Assembly (NCBI GenBank): GCA_000146465.1
Contig: CP001943.1
Length of the DNA stretch: 64,000 nucleotides
Strand: one strand, 5' to 3'
Under the pieces are notes generated by a model that worked only from the letters and a program-made list of their open reading frames with translations, was not told where the DNA came from and searched no databases. The number at the start of each line of letters is the position of its first letter. Within the stretch, counting starts at the first letter, position 1. This document shows positions 1 through 9,481 of this stretch, in pieces. The translations under genes were made by a program, and so were the position numbers.

Positions 1-42
1 ATCGGGCATCTTCGGAAGGTTTTTGGAGAAGGATGGGGAAGC

Positions 43-1239
43 ATGCTTATTGAAGGAACAGTGGCAACACCAATAGAGGAAGAGAGATTAATATTTTTGT
101 GCATGGCTTTGGGGATCCGACTGGAAGAGGCTGTTAGGAAGTGCAGTGGGATAGTTCAGGATAGCAAGTCTATAGGATATCTGGGAGTTGTTTCCTTTCG
201 ATATCTGCTGTCTATTGGCCACTACACTGTCATTGATCCGGGATACATTAACAGAGGAAACCCTGGATCATTTCTTGCAATGGTGTATCTAAGCAGATGT
301 ATTGATAACAGTGGTGCTTTGGAGTCTCTTGAGTCCTATTCAACAAGATATGGAGAGGGGAACCCGGAAGCATGCAGGAAGATTGGAGGTCCTGAGAATT
401 GCGCAAAGATCATGAGCCATCTAATGAAGTTTCTTAGAGATAACATCGAAGATGAATTTTCTTCACAATTGGTTCAGAAAGTGGTTAGAATCTGCCCTTC
501 TTCTGTAAGTCCCGAGGTCGTGAGGTTTATCGATGAATTTGTATGGAAAAATGTCAGGAATATCAATTCACCTCAAGCTTATGGATATCTACTTGATGTG
601 CAAGGACTTGTTTTTCTGAAGACAGGAGACAATACCTGGATTCTGAATCTTGTGCAGGTTGTGCTAAGCGAAGAGATATTCGAAATATATTCCTCTTCAC
701 TATTTCTTCTTGCCATTGTTGTTCTGCACTCATCTGGAGACTTCTCACCTGTTGTAGAAATAATAAGACAGGAGAGCCTGTGGAAAACTAAGGAGCTTCT
801 TCTAAGTATGGTTTGCCTTACAGTATCCCTTTTCAAGACGGGGAATTGCAGCAAGGAGCAGGTGGACTACATTGTTGAGTATCTGCTAGGAGTCAGCATT
901 CATCATGCCTATGTTCTTCTCACCAACACAGTTGTTTCGGGAGATTATCTGAAGTGGATCAAGGGAGAAAACATAGAAGAGGAATTTGTGCTAGCTTGTG
1001 CACTGAAGAAAAGGGGCTTGATCAGCGAAGAGATGTACAAGGAGATATACACCAGGAGTCTTCAGTATTTTGAAAAGAATTTTGTGTCGAAAAGAAATGC
1101 CCGGCGGGTTCTGAGAGGGCTGGGATATGGGATGGAAAGCTTTGGGAGGAGTGAAGCTTACGGGGTAATGGAAAGAAACAAACACAGTATAGGCTATGAA
1201 AACATTCCTTTCAGTGTAGCCGTTGCCTTTGAGCTCTAA
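43..1239 (+). CDS. Hypothetical alpha-helical repeat protein. The frame is open back to position 1, so the gene may be 5'-partial, although ATG 43 is preceded by a GGTTTTTGG...GGGG promoter-like motif.
   Basis: 398-aa ORF in a dense, gap-free gene array. The helical, low-complexity-free sequence gives no confident family assignment by eye. Confidence 0.45.
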   Translation: MLIEGTVATPIEEERLIFLCMALGIRLEEAVRKCSGIVQDSKSIGYLGVVSFRYLLSIGHYTVIDPGYINRGNPGSFLAMVYLSRCIDNSGALESLESYSTRYGEGNPEACRKIGGPENCAKIMSHLMKFLRDNIEDEFSSQLVQKVVRICPSSVSPEVVRFIDEFVWKNVRNINSPQAYGYLLDVQGLVFLKTGDNTWILNLVQVVLSEEIFEIYSSSLFLLAIVVLHSSGDFSPVVEIIRQESLWKTKELLLSMVCLTVSLFKTGNCSKEQVDYIVEYLLGVSIHHAYVLLTNTVVSGDYLKWIKGENIEEEFVLACALKKRGLISEEMYKEIYTRSLQYFEKNFVSKRNARRVLRGLGYGMESFGRSEAYGVMERNKHSIGYENIPFSVAVAFEL

Positions 1240-1367
1240 AGTCCTGTTTTCCTTTTGGCATGTTCTTTTATTTTATGGCAATAAACCAGATTTGATTCTC
1301 TAGATATATTTTTTCCACCCACCATCTGAGATGAATTATTTTTCTGAGTAGCAAGCCCTTATTTACG

Positions 1368-2546
1368 ATGTTTCAGCCAGGGATTGAGGCATACCTGGAT
1401 GCCATAAAACAGCAGTACGATACGGTTATGGCAGAAAATAGGTCTCTGCGGAAGGAGAACATTCGTCTTGTTGAAGCAAATGGGCAATATGCAAGGAAAA
1501 TCCAGTACTACACGAGTATTTTAAACAGACAGAAGCATATGTCTCTGGAGACCGAGGGGTCGTTTATAAGACCTCCAAAGTATTTGAAGAGAGGAAGCGA
1601 TTGGAGTGTTGATGGAGATAAGCTGTGCATAGTGAGCGTTCGGGACAAGATAATGGTGGGAGGAAAGATAACGAATGCTGTTATAAGCAAGTGCGGGAAG
1701 TTTGTAGCATTTGGATGTGGATACAAAGTATTTATTGTAATGGAGAAGACTATTTGGTTTTTGGACACCTCTTCCGAGAAGATGGAGAGATACGAAGAAG
1801 GAATGTTTGAAGGAGAGACACAGGAATACAGGATATGCCCCATGGACTTCACTTGTGATTCTCTTTATCTGTATGCGGCAGATGGGAAAGGAGCAGTGAG
1901 GATATGGAGTCTGAAGAGTAAGGCTCAAGAAGGATTACTGAGGCCTTGTGATCCTGTTGCACTCAAGATAACCAACAACTTGGTGTTTACGATTGAATGG
2001 GACAAGACCATGAATGTGTATGATTCAAACAACAAGGTTCTTACTCTAAGCTCTGAAGAGGAGTTTAGTGGGCCCATGGCAGTAAGTCCAGACGGGAGCT
2101 TCGTATATGCAGTTGTGGGAAGAACCAAGATTCTTGTTTTTGACATCAAAACAGAGATGGTTCATCTAGCAAACACCAACGAGGATCGAATTCTGGCGAT
2201 AGCAACCTCTCCAGAACACGCGATAATGTCGATAGGAGGCCATGGACGAAATGCCTATCTTTACAGGATAAAGAAGGAAAAGCCCTTACCCAGGGTGCAG
2301 GATTCTATCGATCAGAGAGGCACTGTCTTCTCTCTAGGATTCATAGGAAACCATTTGCTTGTAGGACAGCCCGAAGGTGTTATGATCTGGGATCTGTCGG
2401 AGAAAAGAAGCATGAGGATACAACTCCAAGAGTCAAATGTGATTGGAATATCCACATGCAAGGACTCTTTTGCCACCGTAGACAACAATGGAGTCTTACG
2501 TGTATGGAGATATTACAATTCTGTGGAATGGGATAATAGCTCTTGA
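1368..2546 (+). CDS. WD40-repeat protein with an N-terminal coiled coil
   Basis: N-terminal heptad coiled coil (AENRSLRKENIRLVEANGQYARK). Repeated ...VRIWSLKS... and ...VLRVWRYY... WD-like blades follow. ATG is preceded by a CCC motif. Confidence 0.6.
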   Translation: MFQPGIEAYLDAIKQQYDTVMAENRSLRKENIRLVEANGQYARKIQYYTSILNRQKHMSLETEGSFIRPPKYLKRGSDWSVDGDKLCIVSVRDKIMVGGKITNAVISKCGKFVAFGCGYKVFIVMEKTIWFLDTSSEKMERYEEGMFEGETQEYRICPMDFTCDSLYLYAADGKGAVRIWSLKSKAQEGLLRPCDPVALKITNNLVFTIEWDKTMNVYDSNNKVLTLSSEEEFSGPMAVSPDGSFVYAVVGRTKILVFDIKTEMVHLANTNEDRILAIATSPEHAIMSIGGHGRNAYLYRIKKEKPLPRVQDSIDQRGTVFSLGFIGNHLLVGQPEGVMIWDLSEKRSMRIQLQESNVIGISTCKDSFATVDNNGVLRVWRYYNSVEWDNSS

Positions 2547-2664
2547 CGAGCATCCAATTTAAAATGCAATCCCCTAGAGACTTTATTATTAAAATGTTTT
2601 TTGGCCTATTGGCACTTCTATGCTATCCGTAGAGAAGATAATTGGCAAAATGTCTTCTTTATTG

Positions 2665-4113
2665 TTAGAGCCTGGAGATGTATTCCTTTATATCCGAAAC
2701 CCAAGCGTCTCTTTCCTTTTCACAGGTGGTGTATAACTCCACTCCCTCTCCAGATCTTTCAAGACAGAAGCCGACTTGGCCAATGGGCAAAACATTACAG
2801 TTACTAAGAAGAAAGATCTTGTAGACTCTGCTCTTCTCATAACATATAAGAGCCTTTCCAACAAACTTAAAAAGGTATGCCTTCCATCCATCCTTGTCCA
2901 TCAAGAGATACGAAGATCTGAGCAGATGGGTACTGGAAATGTCTGAGAGAATGAAAGGCTGTAGCTGCTTATCGGTCATCTCCGAGTTTAGCGCGATTTC
3001 TATTGCTCTATCTCTTGCTCTTCTATCTTGTGGAGACATTGCGTTTGCTAGTGTTGCACATCGGATACCGGGGAAAAGTGTAGAAATATCCTTTATGGTC
3101 TTGCATATTATCCATTTTATGTCCGACTCAACTGTGATGTAGTACTTGGTTGTTTCGGCTGAACCTTCGTAACATAGTACAGTGTTAGAGATCCTGATTT
3201 GAGGATAGATTGTTAGTTTGCGGCCAGGAGCATAAAGATTTGAAGCCATTTGGGAGTTCCGAGTTTCTGACCAGCTGTGAGAAGCCCCCTTTAGATTACC
3301 TTCGGGTTTTTCGATCGTATTCTCTGGCTTGGACATGGACTTTACATACATCACATCGATAGGAGCAAAGGTTGGAGACTTCCCTGTTCTAGTATACAAA
3401 AAGCTGGGTCCTTGATACGAGGTTTTGCTCGACAAGCTAAGAGAACTTGCGTTTGATAAGGGATTACTAAATACAGATTTGGAGACAGAGAGGTCTTCTT
3501 CTTGGGCTTCCTTTTTGCCAAAAGGACTTGGCGAAGTTCGGTTTCTTCTATTTCCAAAGCTGCCGGAATTGGATGGAGCTTCTCTATTGAAAATAGAGCT
3601 GCTCGCTATTGATCTTACATAGCCCACTTTGGATCCTCGATTGATGGAATCCTCAACGCTTCCCTTATTCATACCATACGAGCTGAAGTCTATAGACGAT
3701 TTTTTGTAAAGATCCATTCCCACCATCGATCCCTTGGATATGTCTTTATGGGCCGGGCTCCTATTCATAGCTCCAGAAGAGTTTACTTTCCATGGAATCA
3801 CTCCTCCAATAAATCCATCCCTCATCTTTGTACTATTTACATCACCAGAATTGTTTTTTGGAATGCCATCTGCAGCTCCATTCTCATTTGAAAAGTCCTT
3901 GCTCTTGCCAAAGTAGTTTGCAGGAGATTCTAGCTTAACATTTCTGTTGAATACAAATCCACTTCCAACACAAGCCCTTGCCTTAAACTCCTCATTGATC
4001 CTTCTTAGCTTCTCATCCATCGATCCCATCGACAACCCTCTTGCATCCCTAAACTTTCCTTCCGGTTCTTCTGCAGCAGGAGACAGGTATGAGTTCAAAG
4101 AGTCTTTTCCCAT
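2665..4113 (-). CDS. Ser/Asn-rich protein with a C-terminal PH-like domain
   Basis: 482-aa ORF. The C-terminal about 100 aa (…GKALICYEKSRVYKIFLL…LERSGEGVELYTTCEKERDAWVSDIKEYISRL) has a PH-domain pattern. Upstream ATATTTAC...CCC motif. Confidence 0.45.
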   Translation of the reverse strand: MGKDSLNSYLSPAAEEPEGKFRDARGLSMGSMDEKLRRINEEFKARACVGSGFVFNRNVKLESPANYFGKSKDFSNENGAADGIPKNNSGDVNSTKMRDGFIGGVIPWKVNSSGAMNRSPAHKDISKGSMVGMDLYKKSSIDFSSYGMNKGSVEDSINRGSKVGYVRSIASSSIFNREAPSNSGSFGNRRNRTSPSPFGKKEAQEEDLSVSKSVFSNPLSNASSLSLSSKTSYQGPSFLYTRTGKSPTFAPIDVMYVKSMSKPENTIEKPEGNLKGASHSWSETRNSQMASNLYAPGRKLTIYPQIRISNTVLCYEGSAETTKYYITVESDIKWIICKTIKDISTLFPGIRCATLANAMSPQDRRARDRAIEIALNSEMTDKQLQPFILSDISSTHLLRSSYLLMDKDGWKAYLFKFVGKALICYEKSRVYKIFLLSNCNVLPIGQVGFCLERSGEGVELYTTCEKERDAWVSDIKEYISRL

Positions 4114-4198
4114 GTTTAGGGCTCAAGTAAATATCAATATTCAAAAGCCTTTAATAAAACCTTGAAAATTCACGCGCGCATAAGTAAAACAAAATTCT

Positions 4199-6397
4199 TT
4201 AATATTCTTTCGCTGTTGTTAACAGTCTACAGATATCCTCAACAGGGTCTACAAATATCTTTCTCCTATACACTTCGTGGCAAAGCTCTTCAAAGAGCTC
4301 TCTTGTATCGTCGTCCACAACCATGTTCAGGACAGAAGTTCTGAGATAATCGATTGCCTTCTCTTCGTCGATCCCAAGAAGATAGAGGTATTTATGTTTC
4401 CTAACCAGAAACTTTGAGAGATGGCGTATCTCTTTGTTTGTCTTCTTTTCAAGCCTAAACACCCACATGTCATTTACGCGCCGGTCTACCTTTTCGGAGA
4501 TATTCCCTCCAAACAAGTAAAACCATCCATCCATCTCTACAAACTGGTGTGCGGACCTTGGCGCCGGTTTGATATCCACTCCGGCTTCTGTTCTTGACTT
4601 CACCACCACTTCAGTCCATTTCTTCTTAATCAGAGAAAAGGTATATACATCTATGTTTTCAAATCTTCCTTCCTTCTCTTTTCCATGGCAGAAAAGAACA
4701 ACAATCTCATTCAAGTACAGAAGGCCCCTCTGGACAACTCTTCCCTCTCCACTGATTGGGAATGGCACACTTTGGAAAACAGTGTCTGTGTCCAGTCTGT
4801 AAAAGACCATTTCTCTCATCGAGCTTTTGTTCTTCTGCCCTCCTATGACTACAAGGCTATTGTTGTAGATGCTACCCTCGATATAGTCAGGGGGAATAAA
4901 CACCATACTATGCTCCAGTCTTGACTTCAGAGAGGGAGTGCTTGAAGGTTGCATTGTATCCGACCTTATTACCATCCACCTGCTCCTAAACAAACTCGAC
5001 GACGATGTTGAAGGTTCATGGCGGGAGTTGGATTCATCTAGCATATTTTCCTGGGAGATCCCTGTTCCAAATGATGGAGAAATCTCAGCCATACCGGGAG
5101 ATCTCTTCTCTTTTCCGCCGAATTGGCCGCAAGTCCTGTACCTTCCATCTGTCTCTGAGATGGGCTTTCCAACTTCATTTGTTCTTCCACACTTTCCCAA
5201 GACCTCCATCCCATAGCCCAGGGATCTTTCGTCAAGTGAAAACATGTAAAGTCCAGAGTATGTGTCTTCCTTCTCTGTAGATCTTCCTCCGAACACATAT
5301 AATTTATCTCCCACAACAACCATCTGATGATCATATATGTTTCCCGGTCCTCCCTCTTCGTCCGAGTTAATCACCCTCCAGTTTCCATCGAAGACCCATA
5401 TGTCTGATTTCCCTGAAAAGACCTTGCGAGAGGATAAGCAGATATATTTCCCCATCAGATAAAGTTTCGACCCGTATGAAACCATTCGGTGGCAACTTCT
5501 TTTCCCTGGTGATACTGTATTCATCTTAATCTCACTCCATTCTCCGCCTCTGTATCTCCAGAAGTCCTCTAGTTCTTCCACTCCGTTCCATCCCCCGTAA
5601 AGATACAAACTCCCATCCATTTCAACCATTTGATGTCCTCCTCTTTCGCAAGGCCATACCTCGGCTCTTGGTATCTCTGTCCACACCAATGAATAGGGAG
5701 AACTATCTATGAATCCTTGGAAGACACACGGATCTAACCTATCCAGTACTTCTTCTGTATCCTCGTACTTATGGCTTTCCAGCAGGTGCCTTATGTGCTT
5801 TACAATTTCGTCTTCTATTTTATCGGAGCTTCTTTTCTCGAGAATCTCATAAACATCTCTAAATCCACAGTCTCTCAGGAATTTCAGGCAGTTTCTCATG
5901 GATTTCCCAAAAATAACCATTTCATTGTATCTTGCAAATTTCTCGACATCGGCTATTCCTCTCAGCTCGACAAACCATAAAGAGTAGCTGAAGTTGACTC
6001 CCCATGCAGCAAGAGGCTCAATCTTCACATACTGGGCAATGTAATATGTCTCATCCTTTACAAGGAGATTAAAGGTCTCCATTTCAGAATCGTTTTTTAG
6101 GCCTCCGCACAAGACCTCTTTGTACTCGACGCCATCTCCGGAAACGCTTATTCTCATCTTTTTAACATTCGATACATGCATCTTGTTGTACTTTCCAAAT
6201 GTAATGGTCACCACAAGGCTTGGAGGGATCTTTAAGATGATATATTGGAGATGATCGTTAGTTGATGTCGACCATCTTGAGTTTGGATCCATGGGGTCAT
6301 TCTTTTTGATATTGCTTGGCATGTATACAGAGGCATATGTTGAATAGCTGTGTATCTCATAGGGAATCACGGTGTAAGACCTTCTATCATTCAACAT
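4199..6397 (-). CDS. MKLN1: Muskelin-like protein: discoidin domain, LisH/CTLH and Kelch repeats (CTLH/GID E3 complex component)
   Basis: N-terminus matches the muskelin discoidin region (…NSRWSTSTNDHLQYIILKIPPSLVVTITFGKYNKMHV…). A LisH/CTLH-like stretch follows, then GGHQMVEMDGSLYLYGGWNG and multiple Kelch blades (KLYVFGG, FYLFGG). Upstream CAAAATGTT...CCCC motif. Confidence 0.8.
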   Translation of the reverse strand: MLNDRRSYTVIPYEIHSYSTYASVYMPSNIKKNDPMDPNSRWSTSTNDHLQYIILKIPPSLVVTITFGKYNKMHVSNVKKMRISVSGDGVEYKEVLCGGLKNDSEMETFNLLVKDETYYIAQYVKIEPLAAWGVNFSYSLWFVELRGIADVEKFARYNEMVIFGKSMRNCLKFLRDCGFRDVYEILEKRSSDKIEDEIVKHIRHLLESHKYEDTEEVLDRLDPCVFQGFIDSSPYSLVWTEIPRAEVWPCERGGHQMVEMDGSLYLYGGWNGVEELEDFWRYRGGEWSEIKMNTVSPGKRSCHRMVSYGSKLYLMGKYICLSSRKVFSGKSDIWVFDGNWRVINSDEEGGPGNIYDHQMVVVGDKLYVFGGRSTEKEDTYSGLYMFSLDERSLGYGMEVLGKCGRTNEVGKPISETDGRYRTCGQFGGKEKRSPGMAEISPSFGTGISQENMLDESNSRHEPSTSSSSLFRSRWMVIRSDTMQPSSTPSLKSRLEHSMVFIPPDYIEGSIYNNSLVVIGGQKNKSSMREMVFYRLDTDTVFQSVPFPISGEGRVVQRGLLYLNEIVVLFCHGKEKEGRFENIDVYTFSLIKKKWTEVVVKSRTEAGVDIKPAPRSAHQFVEMDGWFYLFGGNISEKVDRRVNDMWVFRLEKKTNKEIRHLSKFLVRKHKYLYLLGIDEEKAIDYLRTSVLNMVVDDDTRELFEELCHEVYRRKIFVDPVEDICRLLTTAKEY

Positions 6398-6546
6398 TTC
6401 TCAGGGGCAACTTTGTCAACATTTTGATGTACCTTGATTTTGATTCATTCTCAGATAATAAAAGAATGATTAGGGTTCATCATAAGATTGCCTGAGACCA
6501 ATGAGATTGTTACAGTATGTATATAAACCAGAGATTTTTTTATCCC

Positions 6547-8055
6547 ATGAAATTGGAATTACATATGGTAGATGAAGGGGGAAGAAATGAGTCTGTTGGA
6601 TTTGATAGAGGAAAAGCGTCGAAGAGGCTTCTGTGGGTAGGAAGTGATTCTGAAGTTCGGGGAAGGTCGAGTCTTCGGAAGGAGAAGGGAGGGATTGCCA
6701 GGGGCCCAGAGAAAAGTAATCAGCACTCTGGAAATGACAAGAACGAGACGGTATCTCAAGACTCCAAGGAAGAAGAGAAGGCGATTGCAACAGAGGATGG
6801 AGACAGCAAGGTTAGGACGAGTGAGAAAGTGAAAACATTAAATTCGTTCAAGGACCTCTCCTCTCCATCTCTGGTAAAGGTGCTTGGAAGAGAATACACT
6901 GCGCCCACAGTCATACAGAAGTACTGTATACCATCGATGGTTGATGGAAGAAATCTCCTCTGTAGAGCACCGACGGGAATGGGAAAGACGATGTGTTTCC
7001 TAATCCCGATCATAGAAAGATATCAACAAATGAACAAGCCACAGGCATGTATTATCTCGCCAACGAGAGAACTATGCGAACAAATTCGAACGGAGGCTTC
7101 CAAACTTGTGGTTGGGAGTAAGATTCGGGTGGTGTCTATCTACGGCAAGAAGCAGGATCTTCCTAGCTATGCTGGAGTCGACATTATAGTTGCAACACCT
7201 GGAAGGCTGATAGATCTATTGCACAAAGATAAGGTGGATCTTTCTGAAGTAAGGATGTTTGTCCTCGACGAGGCGGACAAGCTTCTGGACATGGGATTTG
7301 AGATGCCTATAAGGGAGATCCACAAATTTGTTCCTAAAAACACACAGACATGTCTCTTCAGTGCCACGTATTCACCAAAGCTTACGAGGATGATAAACTA
7401 CTTTCTCCCTGACGACAAAGTCTCGATAGAAATTCCCTCTGAGACTCTTAAGAACATCCGGCAGGACATTGTGGAGGTAAGGAATAAGAAGAAAATGCTT
7501 CTTAATATCTTAAGGAGCTCGGAGATCAATCTCAAGGGGTCATGGAGGATGGAAGTGCAACCCGATAAAGTGCTTGTTTTTGTTGAAAGAAAGAGCGAAT
7601 GCGGGGAGGTTGAGAAGACCCTAAAGAAAAATGGGATCCTCTGTGTTACTCTGCATGGAGATAAGGAGCAGTCAGATAGAAACGAGGCATTGAAAGGGTT
7701 CCGTAATGGAAGATTCCCTGTGATGGTTGCAACCTCGGTGGCAGCCCGGGGTATAGATATCAAGGATGTAAAACTGGTGATAAATTACGACATTCCGAAA
7801 GACATAAAGGAATACATCCATCGGATAGGACGTACCGGACGAGAAGGGAAGTCTGGGAGGTCGATATCGTTTTATGATGGGGGAATGAGTGCTGATTTCA
7901 AGAAAGCATTGATAGAGGTCTTGAAAGAGTCCAAGAACCCCATTCCTTCGTTTCTGAGCGATACTGCTGAAGACTTTGATGCCAGGCTTCAAAGATTGAA
8001 GGTAAGTGCTGATAAGGAGATGTCGGATGACGAAGAAGTCGGGCTGTGGGGATGA
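6547..8055 (+). CDS. DED1: DEAD-box ATP-dependent RNA helicase, Ded1/DDX3-like
   Basis: Motifs APTGMGKT, PTRELCEQI, DEAD, SAT and HRIGRTGR are present. The block LVFVERK…HGDKEQSDRNEALKGFRNGRFPVMVATSVAARGIDI is DDX3-like. Start set at ATG 6547 (ATTTTTTTATCCC immediately upstream) rather than the track's 6517. Confidence 0.85.
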   Translation: MKLELHMVDEGGRNESVGFDRGKASKRLLWVGSDSEVRGRSSLRKEKGGIARGPEKSNQHSGNDKNETVSQDSKEEEKAIATEDGDSKVRTSEKVKTLNSFKDLSSPSLVKVLGREYTAPTVIQKYCIPSMVDGRNLLCRAPTGMGKTMCFLIPIIERYQQMNKPQACIISPTRELCEQIRTEASKLVVGSKIRVVSIYGKKQDLPSYAGVDIIVATPGRLIDLLHKDKVDLSEVRMFVLDEADKLLDMGFEMPIREIHKFVPKNTQTCLFSATYSPKLTRMINYFLPDDKVSIEIPSETLKNIRQDIVEVRNKKKMLLNILRSSEINLKGSWRMEVQPDKVLVFVERKSECGEVEKTLKKNGILCVTLHGDKEQSDRNEALKGFRNGRFPVMVATSVAARGIDIKDVKLVINYDIPKDIKEYIHRIGRTGREGKSGRSISFYDGGMSADFKKALIEVLKESKNPIPSFLSDTAEDFDARLQRLKVSADKEMSDDEEVGLWG

Positions 8056-8133
8056 TGTTTCTTTTGGTTAATGGGATAATAAATACTGGTTGGCAATTTA
8101 TGTTAGGAAAACTGGCCTTGTGTTTTCCAATCT

Positions 8134-8988
8134 ATGTTGTGGACAGAAAAGTACAGGCCTAAGTCTGTGGACACATTTGAGGGTCCTGAGCATCTCAAGA
8201 GCATTTTAAGAAACTCCAGCGAGAGAGGACATCCGAACCTCCTTCTGTATGGACCACCTGGGACAGGAAAGACGACCTTTGCCCATCTCTTGGCAACCAG
8301 GAAGCTGGAGCTTAATGCATCTGACGAAAGAGGCATATCTGTGATAAGAGAAAAGATCAAAGTGTATGCATCTACACTGGAAAAGGACAAAACAGTAATA
8401 CTCGATGAGTGCGAAAATCTCACGTCGGATGCACAGCATTGCCTGAGGAGAGTTATTGAAGATTCTGTGAACACCCGCTTCATATTTATTACAAACTATC
8501 CATCGAAGATCATCGGGCCCTTGAGAAGTAGATTGGTAGGAGTGAAGTTTACACTTGCAGATAATAGGGTTCTTGAGGGCATAGGAGGCAACGAAGGACT
8601 AGGCTACGACAAGGAGCTATATCGCAGACTTTTTAAGCTCTGTGGAAACGACTTAAGAAAGGCAATCAATGTGCTTCAAGGCATTGCTCCCCTGAGCAGC
8701 TTCTGCATTGAAGAGGCCGTTGGAAGTATTCCTCAAAAGACGGTGGATGAGTTTTGGAAAGTAGGAAGGGCAGAAGTTATGGATTACTCGAAGATGTTCC
8801 TGAGAGACGGATACTCTGCACTTCAATTGGTTCGGCAGCTGGCTGGGTGCTGGAAAGGAAGCGATGCCCAGTCTGCAAAGTTTCATCTTCTGCTCTCGTC
8901 GCTTGAAGAGAAAGCGGTCTTGGGATGTTCGGATGAGTTAGTCTTATATAATCTCCTGGGAGGAAAGGTTGAGATTTTTAGCCAATAA
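8134..8988 (+). CDS. Replication factor C small subunit (clamp loader AAA+)
   Basis: Contains [33 protein letters not shown], a Walker B ILDECE, and the SRC-like PLRSRL. Shortened to 284 aa. Confidence 0.8.
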   Translation: MLWTEKYRPKSVDTFEGPEHLKSILRNSSERGHPNLLLYGPPGTGKTTFAHLLATRKLELNASDERGISVIREKIKVYASTLEKDKTVILDECENLTSDAQHCLRRVIEDSVNTRFIFITNYPSKIIGPLRSRLVGVKFTLADNRVLEGIGGNEGLGYDKELYRRLFKLCGNDLRKAINVLQGIAPLSSFCIEEAVGSIPQKTVDEFWKVGRAEVMDYSKMFLRDGYSALQLVRQLAGCWKGSDAQSAKFHLLLSSLEEKAVLGCSDELVLYNLLGGKVEIFSQ

Positions 8989-9028
8989 ATGGAGTTGTTG
9001 ATATTTAATGAACATAAGCTCAGTCCGG

Positions 9029-9451
9029 CTACCTTTTGTTCAACATTTTCATTAGTCTTGCATAATATCCCCATCTTGCTAGATATTCCCCACTTGGATT
9101 GCGCTTGCACTGATCAATCTTTTTCTCCAAGTCCTCTTTGATTCTGTTTCTATCTTCATTGTTCTTGGCATTCGAAATCGCTTGCTCGTAGTCCAGCACG
9201 TCGATCAAAAACTCCTTCCCGACATCGATATTTCCTGGATTGTTCAAGTATCTTGCCCTGGAGAGATCGTTTTTTAATGTGTCGTAAGCTTTGTTTATTT
9301 CCTCCATTGATATGTCTTCTCCTGAAGGACTTGCTTTGTCTGGATGGAATTTTCGACTCATCTTGTAGTATCTCTCCTTCAAGACATTCTGGTCGATGGC
9401 GAACGAAGGCTTGAGTCCAAAGATGTCGAAGTATCTTGATGGACTTCCCAT
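9029..9451 (-). CDS. JAC1: J-domain co-chaperone, HscB/Jac1-like (Fe-S cluster assembly)
   Basis: N-terminal J domain (YFDIFGL…YYKMSRKFHPDK) followed by a short helical C-terminal domain typical of HscB/Jac1. 140 aa. Confidence 0.6.
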   Translation of the reverse strand: MGSPSRYFDIFGLKPSFAIDQNVLKERYYKMSRKFHPDKASPSGEDISMEEINKAYDTLKNDLSRARYLNNPGNIDVGKEFLIDVLDYEQAISNAKNNEDRNRIKEDLEKKIDQCKRNPSGEYLARWGYYARLMKMLNKR

Positions 9452-9481
9452 CTGTGTGGGTGATAGTAGAGTTGAAATGGG

